Notes: generated from the letters alone by a model not told the origin. A stretch of DNA of 64,000 bases from an uncultured Chloroflexia bacterium (GCA_963712745.1 CAVQJC010000020.1:1-64000), one strand, 5' to 3'. Shown: positions 1-9,421, counted from the first letter of the stretch. A program made the numbers and translations.

Positions 1-76
1 TGGCGCGCCCGGAGGGATTCGAACCCCCGACCCTCTGATCCGAAGTCAGATGCTCTATCCACTGAGCTACGGGCGC
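1..76 (-). tRNA. tRNA-Arg(UCG)
   Basis: Reverse complement folds as a cloverleaf: GCGCCCG acceptor stem, TCTGA-CTTCGGA-TCAGA anticodon arm, GGTTCGAATCC T-arm, CCA end. Confidence 0.95.
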
Positions 77-264
77 CAGACCTCACGCTCAGATCGAGCG
101 TCTGACTTGGTTTCGGTCCTAGCACGCCGCCATGGGACCAGCGATCGACGGTTGCCCAACTCGATGGCCAAGACTCCGAAGCGGAGGCAAGAGACCTCAC
201 CAGGGACGCAAGTATCGCATCCCTGGACATCAAGCCGACGCTGCGAGCCTCGGTCGCCACCTCC
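39..264. repeat. Left copy of ~225-bp direct repeat (tRNA 5' half plus upstream DNA); att-like island boundary
   Basis: Near-identical to 11189-11412, with 3 substitutions and 2 single-base indels. Confidence 0.9.
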
Positions 265-271
265 CTGAACC

Positions 272-352
272 TGCCAAGCCCGATGAGACACCCAGTCACA
301 GAACCACTGAGGTGGCACCTCCTTCGGTGGATTGATCCAGACGACGCTCGGC
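272..352 (-). mobile_element. IS3-family end remnant
   Basis: TGCCAAGCCCGATGAGACAC resembles the IS3 end at 48729 (CGTCAAGTCCAGTGAGACAC); encodes LPSVVWINPPKEV, like the OrfB C-terminus LPGPAWINKPKEV. Confidence 0.7.
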
Positions 353-1713
353 AGTGTCGCACCGCGATGAGCGAGGCCAGCGTCTCGGCATCGAAGGTGC
401 GGCCCTGGACATCGACGACGGCGCGGTCGCGGACGAGCCGCTCGACCTCGGCATCGGTGACGACCACGACCGAGAGGCGGTAGTCCACGAGCCGACCCAG
501 TTCGACGGCTCGACGGAACCAGAGCCGGTGGGCCTCGACGCCGAAGTGCTCGACATCGTCCATCGAGGCGAACTCGACATCCTCGCAGTCCCTCGAGCCA
601 CGTCCGGCTGGACTTCGTGTAGACGCGAGGCGTGGCAGTCGCGAAGAGCCGTCGCTTGGCCCGGATGCGATCGCCGTCGAGGACGACCTTCGTGTCGCGC
701 TTCTTGGCGTTGCCACGGCTGGTGATGCCGGCGACCCGGTGTGCTTCATCGGCCACGACGAGGTCGAAGGCCGGCACCGACGGGTCCTCCTGGGCCTCGG
801 CGATGCGGGCCGAGGAGGCGTAGGTGCCGAAGACGACGCGACGACCCTTGCCCTTGAGGAAGACCGCGATGTCGGCGGGGTCGGTCGTGACCCGGACACC
901 CAGCTCGTCGGGGTGGACGGTCCACTCGTCCTGGACCCATCGTGTCGGCATCGGAGCAGACGCCGAGGTCGATGAAGTCGTAGCTCGGCCTGCTCGCGCC
1001 ACTGGGTGCGGAACTGCTTCAGCAGCAGCAGCGTGGGCACGAGCACGAGGACGAGCCGGTCCTTGCGGGCCTCGGTGATCCAGCGGGTGACGAGCGTCTT
1101 GCCGGTGCCGCAGGCCATGATGAGCTGGACCCGCTCGTGCTCCTCGAGGGCCTTGAGCGTGTCGGCGATGGCGGCGGTCTGGTCGGGCTCGCGTGGGCTC
1201 CTTGCGCGCGACCGTGGGCCTGGCCCTGCCGCTGACCGCCTCGAGGGCGCCGGTCCAGTCGATGGTGCTGTCGACGAGGGCATCGCGGTGGACCCAGGTC
1301 ACGTCGCCGCGGCCGGCGGTGGCCTTCACGGCGTTGGCCGAGCGCCCGACGGCGTTGCTGACGATGACCCAGCGCTCGAAGAGGTCGCTGCGGAAGCTGA
1401 AGAGCGTGGCCACCTCGCCCTGGGTCACGCTGCGCGCGGGGTCGCTGTGGAACTTCACCTGCACCGCGACCCGCTTGCCCTCGCCGTCGACCGCCACGAT
1501 GTCGACGCCCTGGTCGGACTTCAGGCCGAGGCTGATGCGCTCGGGCCAGTCGTCCCACAGCCAGGCCTGCCTGAAGCCGACGACCGGGTCGTGGCGGAGG
1601 TAGTGGAGGACGGCATGCTCGAAGGCATCGCCCATGGGCGTCTTCTCACCGAGCGCCGCGATCGTCCCCTCGATGGTCTCGAAGGACGCGGGCGCACCGC
1701 TATCCGAGGACAT
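353..1713 (-). pseudogene. Mrr-like nuclease + SF2 helicase (Type ISP/LlaGI-like N-terminal part), frameshifted and truncated
   Basis: FE..DQGVDIVA..AVQVK nuclease motif; MACGTGKT Walker A in a shifted frame; DEAH; ATATP; cut off at the IS3 remnant. Confidence 0.75.
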
Positions 1714-1766
1714 CGTGGGTTAGAGGGTAGCGAGTCGAGGACTGGCCCATGACGCCGACACGGGGA

Positions 1767-1794
1767 GAGGCCCGCCACTCGCGGGACGGGCCTC
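1767..1794 (-). terminator. Conserved hairpin repeat, copy 1
   Basis: GAGGCCCGTCCC-GCGA-G(T)GGCGGGCCTC on the minus strand, just after a cargo gene stop. Confidence 0.7.
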
Positions 1795-1817
1795 GTCCCA
1801 TTGAGTTGCGGGTGGGC

Positions 1818-2343
1818 TCAGTACTCGTGGGTGCAGGTGACGCTCCACACGGGCTCTACCTCCATGTTGCCCAAGGCGAACCATGTCAACTCATGGACCC
1901 CAGTCGGGGCTGAGGTAGAGACCATCGCCGAGTCATAGAACAAGCAGTTCCAGATGCCAGACGAGCCCCAGCCGTCAGTGAAGGAATAGCCCGCACCGAT
2001 GCCCCCGTCGGGCCCCAGGCAGTAGGCCGAGTAGTCGCCGTAGAACGTGACCTTCTCGTCCCCGCTGAACCACAGCTTGACTACCTTCTCGGCATAGACG
2101 CCGTCGTACCTCGGCTTGTTGAGCTCGGTGCAGGCATCCGGGGCCGGCGTGCCACCCTTCGCGGCGAATGACACGCACTGGCCCTGGCTCAGTGAAGGCG
2201 GTGCCCTTGGCGTCGACGAGGTCCTTCCAGCCACCACTCTTGCAGGCGGCCTTGTCTGGGTCTTGCTTCGCCACCGCGATGCCCGATGTCATCATGGCCA
2301 TCAGGCCACCGACGAGCATGGCGACCACCAGTCGCTTCTTCAT
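1818..2343 (-). CDS. Secreted Cys-rich protein (CKxGGW...QGQCV motif), frameshift near 2190
   Basis: Signal peptide MKKRLVVAMLVGG..; RBS; two ORF-track frames join; paralog of 8699-9421. Confidence 0.65.
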
Positions 2344-2423
2344 GGGACTCCCCCTCTTGCCGGGCCGCACCGGAGGTGGCCACTCAGCACGCACGGCGCG
2401 ACCACGTACTGAGATTCTCCCAT

Positions 2424-2457
2424 CGCTGGCAATCAGGGCAGGCCTGATACGAGTGGA
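2424..2457. promoter_or_regulatory. 34-bp conserved divergent promoter/operator block with ATCAGG-N5-CCTGAT palindrome
   Basis: Identical to 10949-10982; lies between a cargo gene start and a mini-ORF start. Confidence 0.55.
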
Positions 2458-2475
2458 GCCGGCGACCCTCCACCC

Positions 2476-2689
2476 ATGACCGAGCATCCCGGCGAGCACA
2501 TCGACGAGACCGACGCCATCGCTGGCCGGGCTCGAGCGCGCTGGCCTCATCACCGTCACGCAGCGCGAGGACGGCGAGCCGGTCCACACGCTCACGCCGC
2601 AGGGCGAGCAGGTGTCGCGACAGATGGCGCTGTCGAGCGAGGACGACGCGGCGGTGTTGCTGGATGCGCTGGTAGAGGCGCGGGAATAA
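2476..2689 (+). pseudogene. Mini-ORF family A (possible winged-helix), frameshifted
   Basis: MTEH..IDETDAI / LERAGLITVTQREDGEPVHTLTPQGEQVSRQMA; homologous to 8439-8642. Confidence 0.65.
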
Positions 2690-2692
2690 GAT

Positions 2693-2720
2693 GAGGCCCG
2701 CCCCTCGTGGGACGGGCCTC
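2693..2720 (-). terminator. Conserved hairpin repeat, copy 2
   Basis: GAGGCCCGCCCCTCGTGGGACGGGCCTC. Confidence 0.7.
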
Positions 2721-2757
2721 TTAGTCTTCGCATCGCCGGCGAGGTGCGGTCCATTGG

Positions 2758-4083
2758 TCAGGACTGGGGTGGGCTGAGGAGAGCGACAGAGACGAGGTCG
2801 TCGCCATCGTCAGTACCTGAGACGGTCACGACCAGGCGGTCGCCGGCGACGGCCATGTCCACGTCGTAGATCCACATGCCAGCCACAGGCAGTATCGGCT
2901 GTGCCTCCTCCAGTGCCCAGTTGGTGCCGTCACTGGATGCCCAGAGCGCCAGCAGGTCGCCGTCCTGGCCCCCTTGCGCGCTCGGGCCCACGAGCAGGGC
3001 GAAGAAGTGGCCGCCCTGGACGGTGAGGGCCTTCAACTGGCCGTCCACGGGACTGCCGTAGGCGACATGCCACTCGGTGCCGTCAGGGGTGAGCAGCATG
3101 GCCGAGCCGCACGGGTCCAAGCAGATCGGGGCATCGACCACCAGCCGCTCCGCCACTGCGGCGACCGAGGTGATCGCGCCATGGGGACGGGGCATCGCGC
3201 TCGCCTCCTTCTTCCACGAGAGCCCGTCCGGCGAGCGCCAGAGCTGCCCCCAGCAGGTGCCGTTCCAGGCCCAGGGGTCCTTGTCGAAGGCTGGCATGCA
3301 GGCCTGTCCCACGGCGACGACGCCGTTTGCCAGCAGTCCGGCCCCGCTTTCCGTGCCCGGGTACAGGGCGAAGGCGTCGACGCCCCCAGCCGATGGATCC
3401 TCCATCGTGTCGATGTAGCCACCGATCTCGAAGACCTCCTTGGCCCTGGCCTGGGTCCAGGTCTTGCCGTCCGGACTGGACCAGATGGCGGCGCGAGGTG
3501 CCTTCTCGAGGTAGATGACGCCGCCCAGCAGGTAGCCGTCGTCGGCACCGAGCATCGTGCGCAGCCGGGTGCCCGTCGGGAAGGCGTCCATGGCGGTGGC
3601 CCGCTCCCATGATGTCCCATCGTCCGAGCGCCAGACCGCCGATCGCTGACCACCCTGCTCGGCCACGCGCCCGAAGACGAGGAAGCCCGCAGGGCCGTAC
3701 GCGACCCCTTGCAGGCCGATCTCCGGGCCGCTGGTGGTGGGCCGCATGATTCCGAGGTCGAGGCCAGACGAGCGAGGGTCCACGGCCTCCCAGGTGATGC
3801 CATCGGGGCTGGTCCAGGCCGGCCCCCAGCAGCGCGACGTCTCTCGTCGCCCCTGGATGCAGGCCCGCTGCCCGACCGCGACCATCGATGATGGCCCGAC
3901 CGCGATGCCGACAGCCATGGTCGTGCCGATGGTCTGGGGCAGCACGGTGGCTGTCCAGCCGTTCGCGCTTGCCGTGGTCTCGCCCCGGTCGTCTTGTGCT
4001 TGAGCCACCGGAGCCAGCGCCGGCACCCCACCGATCACGAGGAACGTCAACATAGCCGCAGCAGCGGCCCACGGACTGCGCAT
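2758..4083 (-). CDS. Secreted beta-propeller-like protein with Asp-box-like WxSxDGxxW repeats
   Basis: Signal peptide, several W-x-S-x-DG-x-x-W repeats, AAGGAG RBS before ATG 4083. Confidence 0.8.
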   Translation of the reverse strand: MRSPWAAAAAMLTFLVIGGVPALAPVAQAQDDRGETTASANGWTATVLPQTIGTTMAVGIAVGPSSMVAVGQRACIQGRRETSRCWGPAWTSPDGITWEAVDPRSSGLDLGIMRPTTSGPEIGLQGVAYGPAGFLVFGRVAEQGGQRSAVWRSDDGTSWERATAMDAFPTGTRLRTMLGADDGYLLGGVIYLEKAPRAAIWSSPDGKTWTQARAKEVFEIGGYIDTMEDPSAGGVDAFALYPGTESGAGLLANGVVAVGQACMPAFDKDPWAWNGTCWGQLWRSPDGLSWKKEASAMPRPHGAITSVAAVAERLVVDAPICLDPCGSAMLLTPDGTEWHVAYGSPVDGQLKALTVQGGHFFALLVGPSAQGGQDGDLLALWASSDGTNWALEEAQPILPVAGMWIYDVDMAVAGDRLVVTVSGTDDGDDLVSVALLSPPQS

Positions 4084-4108
4084 GACAAGCCTCCTTCGGC
4101 TCATGCGC

Positions 4109-4180
4109 GGGTCGGGTCCGCCAGTGGCTCGGCGCGGCCCCGGCGGCCAGGGTGTGGGCCGCGCCTCATCGCCTCCCGCT
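4109..4180 (-). ncRNA. c-di-GMP-II-like riboswitch variant
   Basis: AGCGGGAGGC-GAUGA..GGCCGCC..CGAGCCACUGGCG-GACCCGACC; kink-turn and pseudoknot pattern; in the 5' leader. Confidence 0.7.
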
Positions 4181-4243
4181 CTGCTGGGTATGACGCCACA
4201 GCAGTAGCAGGTCGTTCAAGAGGCGGAGGTCACGAAGGTGTGG

Positions 4244-5260
4244 TCAGGCCATCGCGGCGGCCGGCTCGGAGGCTCGCTGCTCCTGTCGGATGCTGGGGTG
4301 CCGAGCGACGAAGTCGAACACGTCCTGCGGGAGCCGCTCGTCCATGACCGCCGCGAGATGGTCCTTGCACTCGTAGATCCGGAGGGTGCAGTCGGGGATG
4401 AGCCCGGCGGTCTCCTCGATGACCTCCCGGGTGAAGAACTGGTCCGCTCCGCCACCGACGAGGAGCACCGGGATGGGGATGTCGGGCAGGATCGCCTTGG
4501 CGTCGAAGGCCATCTCCGCTTCCGCCTCGATGAGCACGTCGTCGCGGAAGGATGCATGGGCGCCCCGGAGGACGAGGGGTGCCAGCAGGGCGCCGACGAA
4601 CCGGGCGGCGCCCGGGACCCGCACGTTCGGATAGACGTCCGTGAGCATCGAGGCGAGCGCCTCGCCCAGCCGCCCGTCGTGCAGCAGCCGCGCGTAGGTG
4701 AGGTCCCCGTCATGGCGCGGCCCATCCGCCACATACCCGGCGGCGACGATGGCGATCCTGCCGAGGCGCTCGGGATGGCGGGCGGCAAGCTGGAGACCGA
4801 TCATGCCACCGGTCGAGAGGCCGAGCGCCGCCTCGATCCTCCCGCCGAACTCGTCGGCGATGAGTTGCCCGTAGTCGTCGGCCATGTCGGCGATGGAGTA
4901 GCCCTGCGGCAGTCGCTGCTTGCGGGTGACGACCCAAGCCGTCCAGCCGTCCTCCACCAGGGGACGCGCCACGCGTAGGTGCCTCGAGAGGAACGAGCCC
5001 TTCGGGGCTGTGTTGTCCGGGCCACCCGGGATGACCAGCAGGTCCTTCGGGCCGGTGCCCCACCGGGCGTAGGCCATCCCGTTGTGGGAGATGCCGCTGA
5101 CCGGCTTCGGGATGGCCGGTCCGCGCCCTCGGAGCCGGGACCGGGCGAGTGCACCCGCGACCGTGACCACTGACGCCACGACGACCTGGGATGCTCCGGC
5201 CTTTGCCGTCCTTGCAGTGTGCTCGCGTCGGGTGCTAGTGTCAACCGTGATGGTAGGCAT
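4244..5260 (-). CDS. Alpha/beta hydrolase
   Basis: GLSTGG nucleophile elbow, IPGG oxyanion region, C-terminal Asp and His. Confidence 0.85.
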   Translation of the reverse strand: MPTITVDTSTRREHTARTAKAGASQVVVASVVTVAGALARSRLRGRGPAIPKPVSGISHNGMAYARWGTGPKDLLVIPGGPDNTAPKGSFLSRHLRVARPLVEDGWTAWVVTRKQRLPQGYSIADMADDYGQLIADEFGGRIEAALGLSTGGMIGLQLAARHPERLGRIAIVAAGYVADGPRHDGDLTYARLLHDGRLGEALASMLTDVYPNVRVPGAARFVGALLAPLVLRGAHASFRDDVLIEAEAEMAFDAKAILPDIPIPVLLVGGGADQFFTREVIEETAGLIPDCTLRIYECKDHLAAVMDERLPQDVFDFVARHPSIRQEQRASEPAAAMA

Positions 5261-5286
5261 GCACTACTGTGGCAGAGGAGGCACCG

Positions 5287-5640
5287 ATGGCCCGAACGTT
5301 GGGAGCGGTCCTGCGACAGGCACGCGAGGTGCGCGGGCTCTCGGGCAACGAGAGCGCTCGCGTCGCTGGGATCTCCCAGGCCTACATGCACAAGCTCGAG
5401 CAGGACGCGGTCAAGAGCCCCTCGCCCACGGTGCTCCAGCGACTGGGCGAGGTCCTCGGCTTGCCCTACGCGGAACTCATGGTGCTCGCCGGCTACCCGA
5501 TGCCGGGCGTGGAGGAGCCCGGTGGCGCCAGGCTGGCCACGGCCCTCTTCGGCGACCTCAGCGACGACGAGCGCGACGAGCTGCTCGAGTACCTCGCCTG
5601 GTACCGGGCGCGCAAGCGGTCCAAGGCGGCGCGGCGGTAG
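5287..5640 (+). CDS. XRE-family HTH regulator
   Basis: LRQAREVRGLS..ARVAGISQAYMHKLE; GAGGAGG RBS. Confidence 0.85.
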   Translation: MARTLGAVLRQAREVRGLSGNESARVAGISQAYMHKLEQDAVKSPSPTVLQRLGEVLGLPYAELMVLAGYPMPGVEEPGGARLATALFGDLSDDERDELLEYLAWYRARKRSKAARR

Positions 5641-5658
5641 GTCGCCAGCCGACGAGCG

Positions 5659-5752
5659 CTGACCGGCCACGACGCCGAGTCGGACGCCCTCCTCGACCGG
5701 CCCCGTGCTCGCAGCGGGAATGAGAAGAGGCCCGCCCCTCGCGGGACGGGCC
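5659..5752 (+). repeat. Internally deleted mini-ORF A remnant plus hairpin copy 3 (5727-5752)
   Basis: TGHDAESDALLDR resembles MTDHDAEMDALLDQ at 9721; followed by GAGGCCCGCCCCTCGCGGGACGGGCC. Confidence 0.6.
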
Positions 5753-5788
5753 AGTTACAGCCGAGGCGGCGCGATGGGGGATGACGTC

Positions 5789-6412
5789 CTAGTCCTTGTA
5801 GCCGGTCGTCAGGTACATCAACATGACGTGCCGACCGGACACGCGGCTGAAGCCTGCCGCCTCCAGCATCTCGCGACGGTCCTCGCCGACGACGGCTCGT
5901 CCACCGGGCTTCAGGACCCGATGCATCTCCCTAAGGGCGGCTTGGGCCTTGGACTCGTAGCAGTTCACGTCGTTGCTGGTCACGACGGTGAACGTGTCGT
6001 CCTCCCAGGGCAACATGGCGACATCCCCGACAACGAACTCCGCGGAACCGTCGGCGATGCGTTCGGCATTCTCCGTGCGAGCCTGGTCAATCATCGCCTG
6101 GGACTGGTCAAGACCGGCGATGCGACGTACCTGGGGAGCGTGCTTGGCGAGGAACACCCCCGAGCCACAGGCCACGTCGAGGACCTCGTCCTCGGGCCGC
6201 AGGTCGAGGCCTTTCGCGTACGCGGCGTAGAGCCATGCGCCCAACGGCGCGTAGTAGGGGGCGATGATACGCCCGACGGCCCCTTCGAAGAACCAATGCT
6301 GGTGCGCTTCCTCCCACCGGTCGAAGCGCTCCCCGTAGCGGAGCCGCGCGGCGACCCCCGCCAGGCCGACGATGGTGATGGTCGCGAGGCCTGCTCGCAC
6401 GACACCGCTCAT
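5789..6412 (-). CDS. Class I SAM-dependent methyltransferase
   Basis: VLDVACGSG motif I, GDVAMLPWED, EMHRVLKPGG. Confidence 0.9.
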   Translation of the reverse strand: MSGVVRAGLATITIVGLAGVAARLRYGERFDRWEEAHQHWFFEGAVGRIIAPYYAPLGAWLYAAYAKGLDLRPEDEVLDVACGSGVFLAKHAPQVRRIAGLDQSQAMIDQARTENAERIADGSAEFVVGDVAMLPWEDDTFTVVTSNDVNCYESKAQAALREMHRVLKPGGRAVVGEDRREMLEAAGFSRVSGRHVMLMYLTTGYKD

Positions 6413-6431
6413 GGCAGTTCCCCCTGTCCGC

Positions 6432-6505
6432 GGGCCGGGTCCGCCAGTGGCTCGGAGCGACTCAGGCGGCCAACGTACGCGAGTCGGACTTCACGGCCTC
6501 CCGCT
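6432..6505 (-). ncRNA. c-di-GMP-II-like riboswitch variant
   Basis: AGCGGGAGGCCGUGAAG..UUGGCCGCCUGAG..CGAGCCACUGGCGGACCCGGCC upstream of the methyltransferase. Confidence 0.72.
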
Positions 6506-6580
6506 GCCTACGATTCTCCGCTCGGTGGCAAGCCAATGTGTCGATGGAGGTGACACCCGAGCGCCGATACGCTGCGCCTT

Positions 6581-6823
6581 GTGAAGGCCCCAGAGCCCCT
6601 CGTCATCCCGTGGCAAGGCCGCTCGCTTCGCGTGCGCCACGACGACGCCCGCATCACGCCCTACAGCCCACAGGGTGCGCGCATCCGCTCGGCGGTCGAG
6701 CTGGCGAGCGATGTGGAAGGGCTCAGGCTCGTCCTCGGGTCGGTACTCGGCGAGCGATACCGGGTCAGGGTCAGCGATGACGGGAGCGTGGTGGGGCTGT
6801 GGCGGCGGGTCAGCCCGGGCTAG
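6581..6823 (+). CDS. Mini-ORF family B, unknown function
   Basis: Homologous pieces at 10440-10539 (LGERYRVRVSEDGSAVGLWRR) and ~43880-43998 (KAPGPLVIPWQGR). Confidence 0.55.
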   Translation: MKAPEPLVIPWQGRSLRVRHDDARITPYSPQGARIRSAVELASDVEGLRLVLGSVLGERYRVRVSDDGSVVGLWRRVSPG

Positions 6824-6859
6824 ACTCGCGGTGATCACCGCGCAGGGATGAGGGAAGCG

Positions 6860-7507
6860 ATGGCACGGCTCGTTCACGTCGCGGCACTGGGCGTCCTGCT
6901 CATGGTGACGGTCAGCGCCCCCGTCACGGCACAGGAGGCGAGTGATGTGGACACGCTCGTGGCGCTGTGCGAAGCGAACGCGCCCGACGACGCGACCCGC
7001 GACAATTGCGTGCACGTGGCGGTGACGGTCCTCTCCACGGCCACGGTGCCCACCCCGTGGGAGGACTTCGAGGCCGGGACCGCCGAGGTCATCGAGTCGT
7101 ACACCGCGCCCCTGGTCTTCCGGCTCGAGGGCGAAGTGCTGGATACCACCCCTCCTGTCGAAGCGCTCCGGTCGTCGGGGAGTTGGACGCCCAAGGACCC
7201 GGCCAATGGCCGGACGCTCGACCCCAGCAAGAAGAAACAAGCCAAGCGCGCTCGCGTCGTGGCCGGGATGGCGGCATCGGACATGCGTGAGTTCCTGCTG
7301 TCGGTGACGCCAGGCGACTGCTATCGCGACATGTACGGCGCGCTCTGGGGCCTGGCCTCAGCGTGGCAGTACTACTCCGATGGGCTCGGCAACCCCAAGC
7401 GCCTGCTCGACCCCGCGGTCGCGGAGTTCGTTCGAGCGTGGTCGGTCACCCACTGCGGGCCGCCACGATGGACCATCGAGGTGGCGCCTCTCCCGATCAC
7501 GGAGTAG
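6860..7507 (+). CDS. Secreted hypothetical protein
   Basis: Signal peptide ending in VTA-Q; paired cysteines. Confidence 0.7.
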   Translation: MARLVHVAALGVLLMVTVSAPVTAQEASDVDTLVALCEANAPDDATRDNCVHVAVTVLSTATVPTPWEDFEAGTAEVIESYTAPLVFRLEGEVLDTTPPVEALRSSGSWTPKDPANGRTLDPSKKKQAKRARVVAGMAASDMREFLLSVTPGDCYRDMYGALWGLASAWQYYSDGLGNPKRLLDPAVAEFVRAWSVTHCGPPRWTIEVAPLPITE

Positions 7508-7529
7508 GCGCGGCCCGACATCTCGCTCC

Positions 7530-7773
7530 TTGACCGACCAGCCCACCCGTGACCAGCGATGCAAGACCCTCGCCACCCAACTCGAGGATGCTGGCCTCGC
7601 CGAGCGGTACACCGACGCCGAAGGTGCCGAGCACATCCGCCTGACGCCGGCGGGCGAACAAGGCGCGGTAGATGGCGCATGAACGACGACGCGGGCCTGG
7701 ATGCCCTGGTGACCGAGGCACTGCTGGAGGAAGCCAGGACACATGAAGAGGCCCGCCCCTCGCGGGACGGGCC
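7530..7773 (+). repeat. Degenerate mini-ORF A plus hairpin copy 4 (7748-7773)
   Basis: QLEDAGLAERYTDAEGAEHIRLTPAGEQ..MNDDAG; conserved hairpin follows the stop. Confidence 0.65.
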
Positions 7774-7799
7774 GGATCCGCTCGAGCCTCGTCAGGAGG

Positions 7800-8246
7800 C
7801 TACCCGCAGGTGTGCGTAGCGGACACTGGGTCCGACTCGTTCAACGGGACGTCGTATCGATCGGTGAGAACGATGTAGAAGGTCGTCGTGGCCGGAGGAA
7901 CGACGATCTTGGACCCGTAGATCGCGGTGGGGTTCTTGGCATCCATCCGCACGTATATCCACCCGCTCCGATAGGTCTCCGTCGAGTCGGTCGTCTCGGT
8001 CATGTATCCGAGGTGCCACCAGCGGCCGTGGGCGGTGGTCACGAGGTTGGCGCCCGCGGCACCGGTGGCTACGCCGGCAAAGGTGGCGCACTCGAAGGAA
8101 TCGAACTCCACCACAGCGGATGGCTGTCTCGCCAGGGCGCCAGCGGCACCCGCGAGGGTGGTGGTCGCCGCGAGGGCGAGCGCGACCGTCATTACGGACA
8201 GTCGTCGGGTGAACCGTGAGCGAGTCGAGTCGGTCAGCAAGGTCAT
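7800..8246 (-). CDS. Secreted hypothetical protein
   Basis: AAGGAG RBS, signal-like N-terminus, stop just before the hairpin. Confidence 0.65.
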   Translation of the reverse strand: MTLLTDSTRSRFTRRLSVMTVALALAATTTLAGAAGALARQPSAVVEFDSFECATFAGVATGAAGANLVTTAHGRWWHLGYMTETTDSTETYRSGWIYVRMDAKNPTAIYGSKIVVPPATTTFYIVLTDRYDVPLNESDPVSATHTCG

Positions 8247-8438
8247 GCTCCTTCGCCAGATACTTCCCATCGCTCGGAACCTGATGATGGACTCTGGTAC
8301 ATGAGGATGACCCCCAACCCTTGGACTATCCCCTTCGCCCTTTCGGACCAGGCGAGAGGACTTGGCACCGACCGGAACGCCGGACCGATACGACCGGGCT
8401 CGGACACAGGAAGATGCCCGCCCCGCCACCCTCGTCAC

Positions 8439-8642
8439 GTGACCGACCACATCGCCGAGACCGACGCCATCGTGGCCGAGCTCGAGCGTGCCGGCCTCAT
8501 CACGGTCACGCAGCGCGAGGACGGCGAGCCGATCTACACCCTCACGCCCGAAGGCGGGCAGGTGTCACGGCAGCTGGCGATGACCGACGATGCCGGCCAG
8601 GGCGCGCTGATGGCGGGGCTGCTGGAGGATGTCGAGACATAA
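8439..8642 (+). CDS. Mini-ORF family A, intact 67 aa (possible winged-helix)
   Basis: LERAGLI..YTLTPEG pattern typical of winged-helix wings; GTG start 6 nt after a CACCCT box. Confidence 0.7.
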   Translation: MTDHIAETDAIVAELERAGLITVTQREDGEPIYTLTPEGGQVSRQLAMTDDAGQGALMAGLLEDVET

Positions 8643-8643
8643 G

Positions 8644-8675
8644 AAGGGGCCCGCCCTTCGCGGGACGGGCCCCTT
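8644..8675 (-). terminator. Conserved hairpin repeat, copy 5
   Basis: AAGGGGCCCGCCCTTCGCGGGACGGGCCCCTT. Confidence 0.7.
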
Positions 8676-8698
8676 TCCGTACGAGCTACTGGTGATGC

Positions 8699-9421
8699 CT
8701 AGTAGGGGTATGTGAGCTGGCACCTGAGGATGTCGTCGACGGCGTTGATGAACGCCGCGACTCCACCCTCGGCATAACAGATGGGCGCCAGGACATCGCT
8801 GAAGCTGATGAGCTCCGCGTCGGTGTATCCAGTCGCAGTACACCACCACTCATCGACCTGCCCGTAGCTGAGGTAGATCGTCTCTTCCGAGAACGTACCT
8901 CCGCCCGCGTCACACGCTGTCTCCCAGGGCCCCATCGGTGGCATCGGTACGCCGCCATGGACAGCGAACTTGACGCACTGGCCCTGGTTCTTGAAGGAGT
9001 CGCCCTCAGCCGTAGCCAGTCCCTCCCAACCGCCGTCCTTGCACAGCGCCTTGGCCTCCGCCGTGGCTTGCTTCGCCTCGACCTTGGCCGCCTGCTTCGC
9101 GGCCTTCGCCTCGACCTTGGCCGCCTGCTTCGCGGCCTTCGCCTCGACCTTGGCTGCCTGCTTCACGGCCTTCGCCTCGACCTTGGCCGCCTGCTTCGCG
9201 GCCTTCGCCTCGACCTTGGCCGCCTGCTTCGCGGCCTTCGCCTCGGCTCTCGCCGCGGCCCGAGCCTGCTGCTCGGACTGCCGCTCCGCCTTGGCCTCGA
9301 CCTTCGCCGCGGCCTTGGCTTCCTTGTCGGGCTTGGCCAGCGCGGGCCCGGCCAGCGCGCTCACCAGCAGTGCCGCGGACGCGACCACGGCCACGCTCCG
9401 CATGAACGGATGACCAGACAT
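8699..9421 (-). CDS. Secreted protein with AAKQAAKVEAK repeats and CKDGGW..FKNQGQCV domain
   Basis: AGGAGG RBS, signal peptide, coding tandem repeat. Confidence 0.8.
   Translation of the reverse strand: MSGHPFMRSVAVVASAALLVSALAGPALAKPDKEAKAAAKVEAKAERQSEQQARAAARAEAKAAKQAAKVEAKAAKQAAKVEAKAVKQAAKVEAKAAKQAAKVEAKAAKQAAKVEAKQATAEAKALCKDGGWEGLATAEGDSFKNQGQCVKFAVHGGVPMPPMGPWETACDAGGGTFSEETIYLSYGQVDEWWCTATGYTDAELISFSDVLAPICYAEGGVAAFINAVDDILRCQLTYPY
9071..9245. repeat. 33-bp tandem repeat, about 5.3 copies (coding)
   Basis: CTTCGCCTCGACCTTGGCCGCCTGCTTCGCGGC units with no spacers. Confidence 0.9.

Noticed and set aside
67-1713. 548-aa ORF as one intact protein
   Set aside because: Chimera of shifted frames running through an IS remnant and the repeat region
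9071-9245. 33-bp repeats as a CRISPR array
   Set aside because: Contiguous, no spacers, in-frame coding (AAKQAAKVEAK); no cas genes
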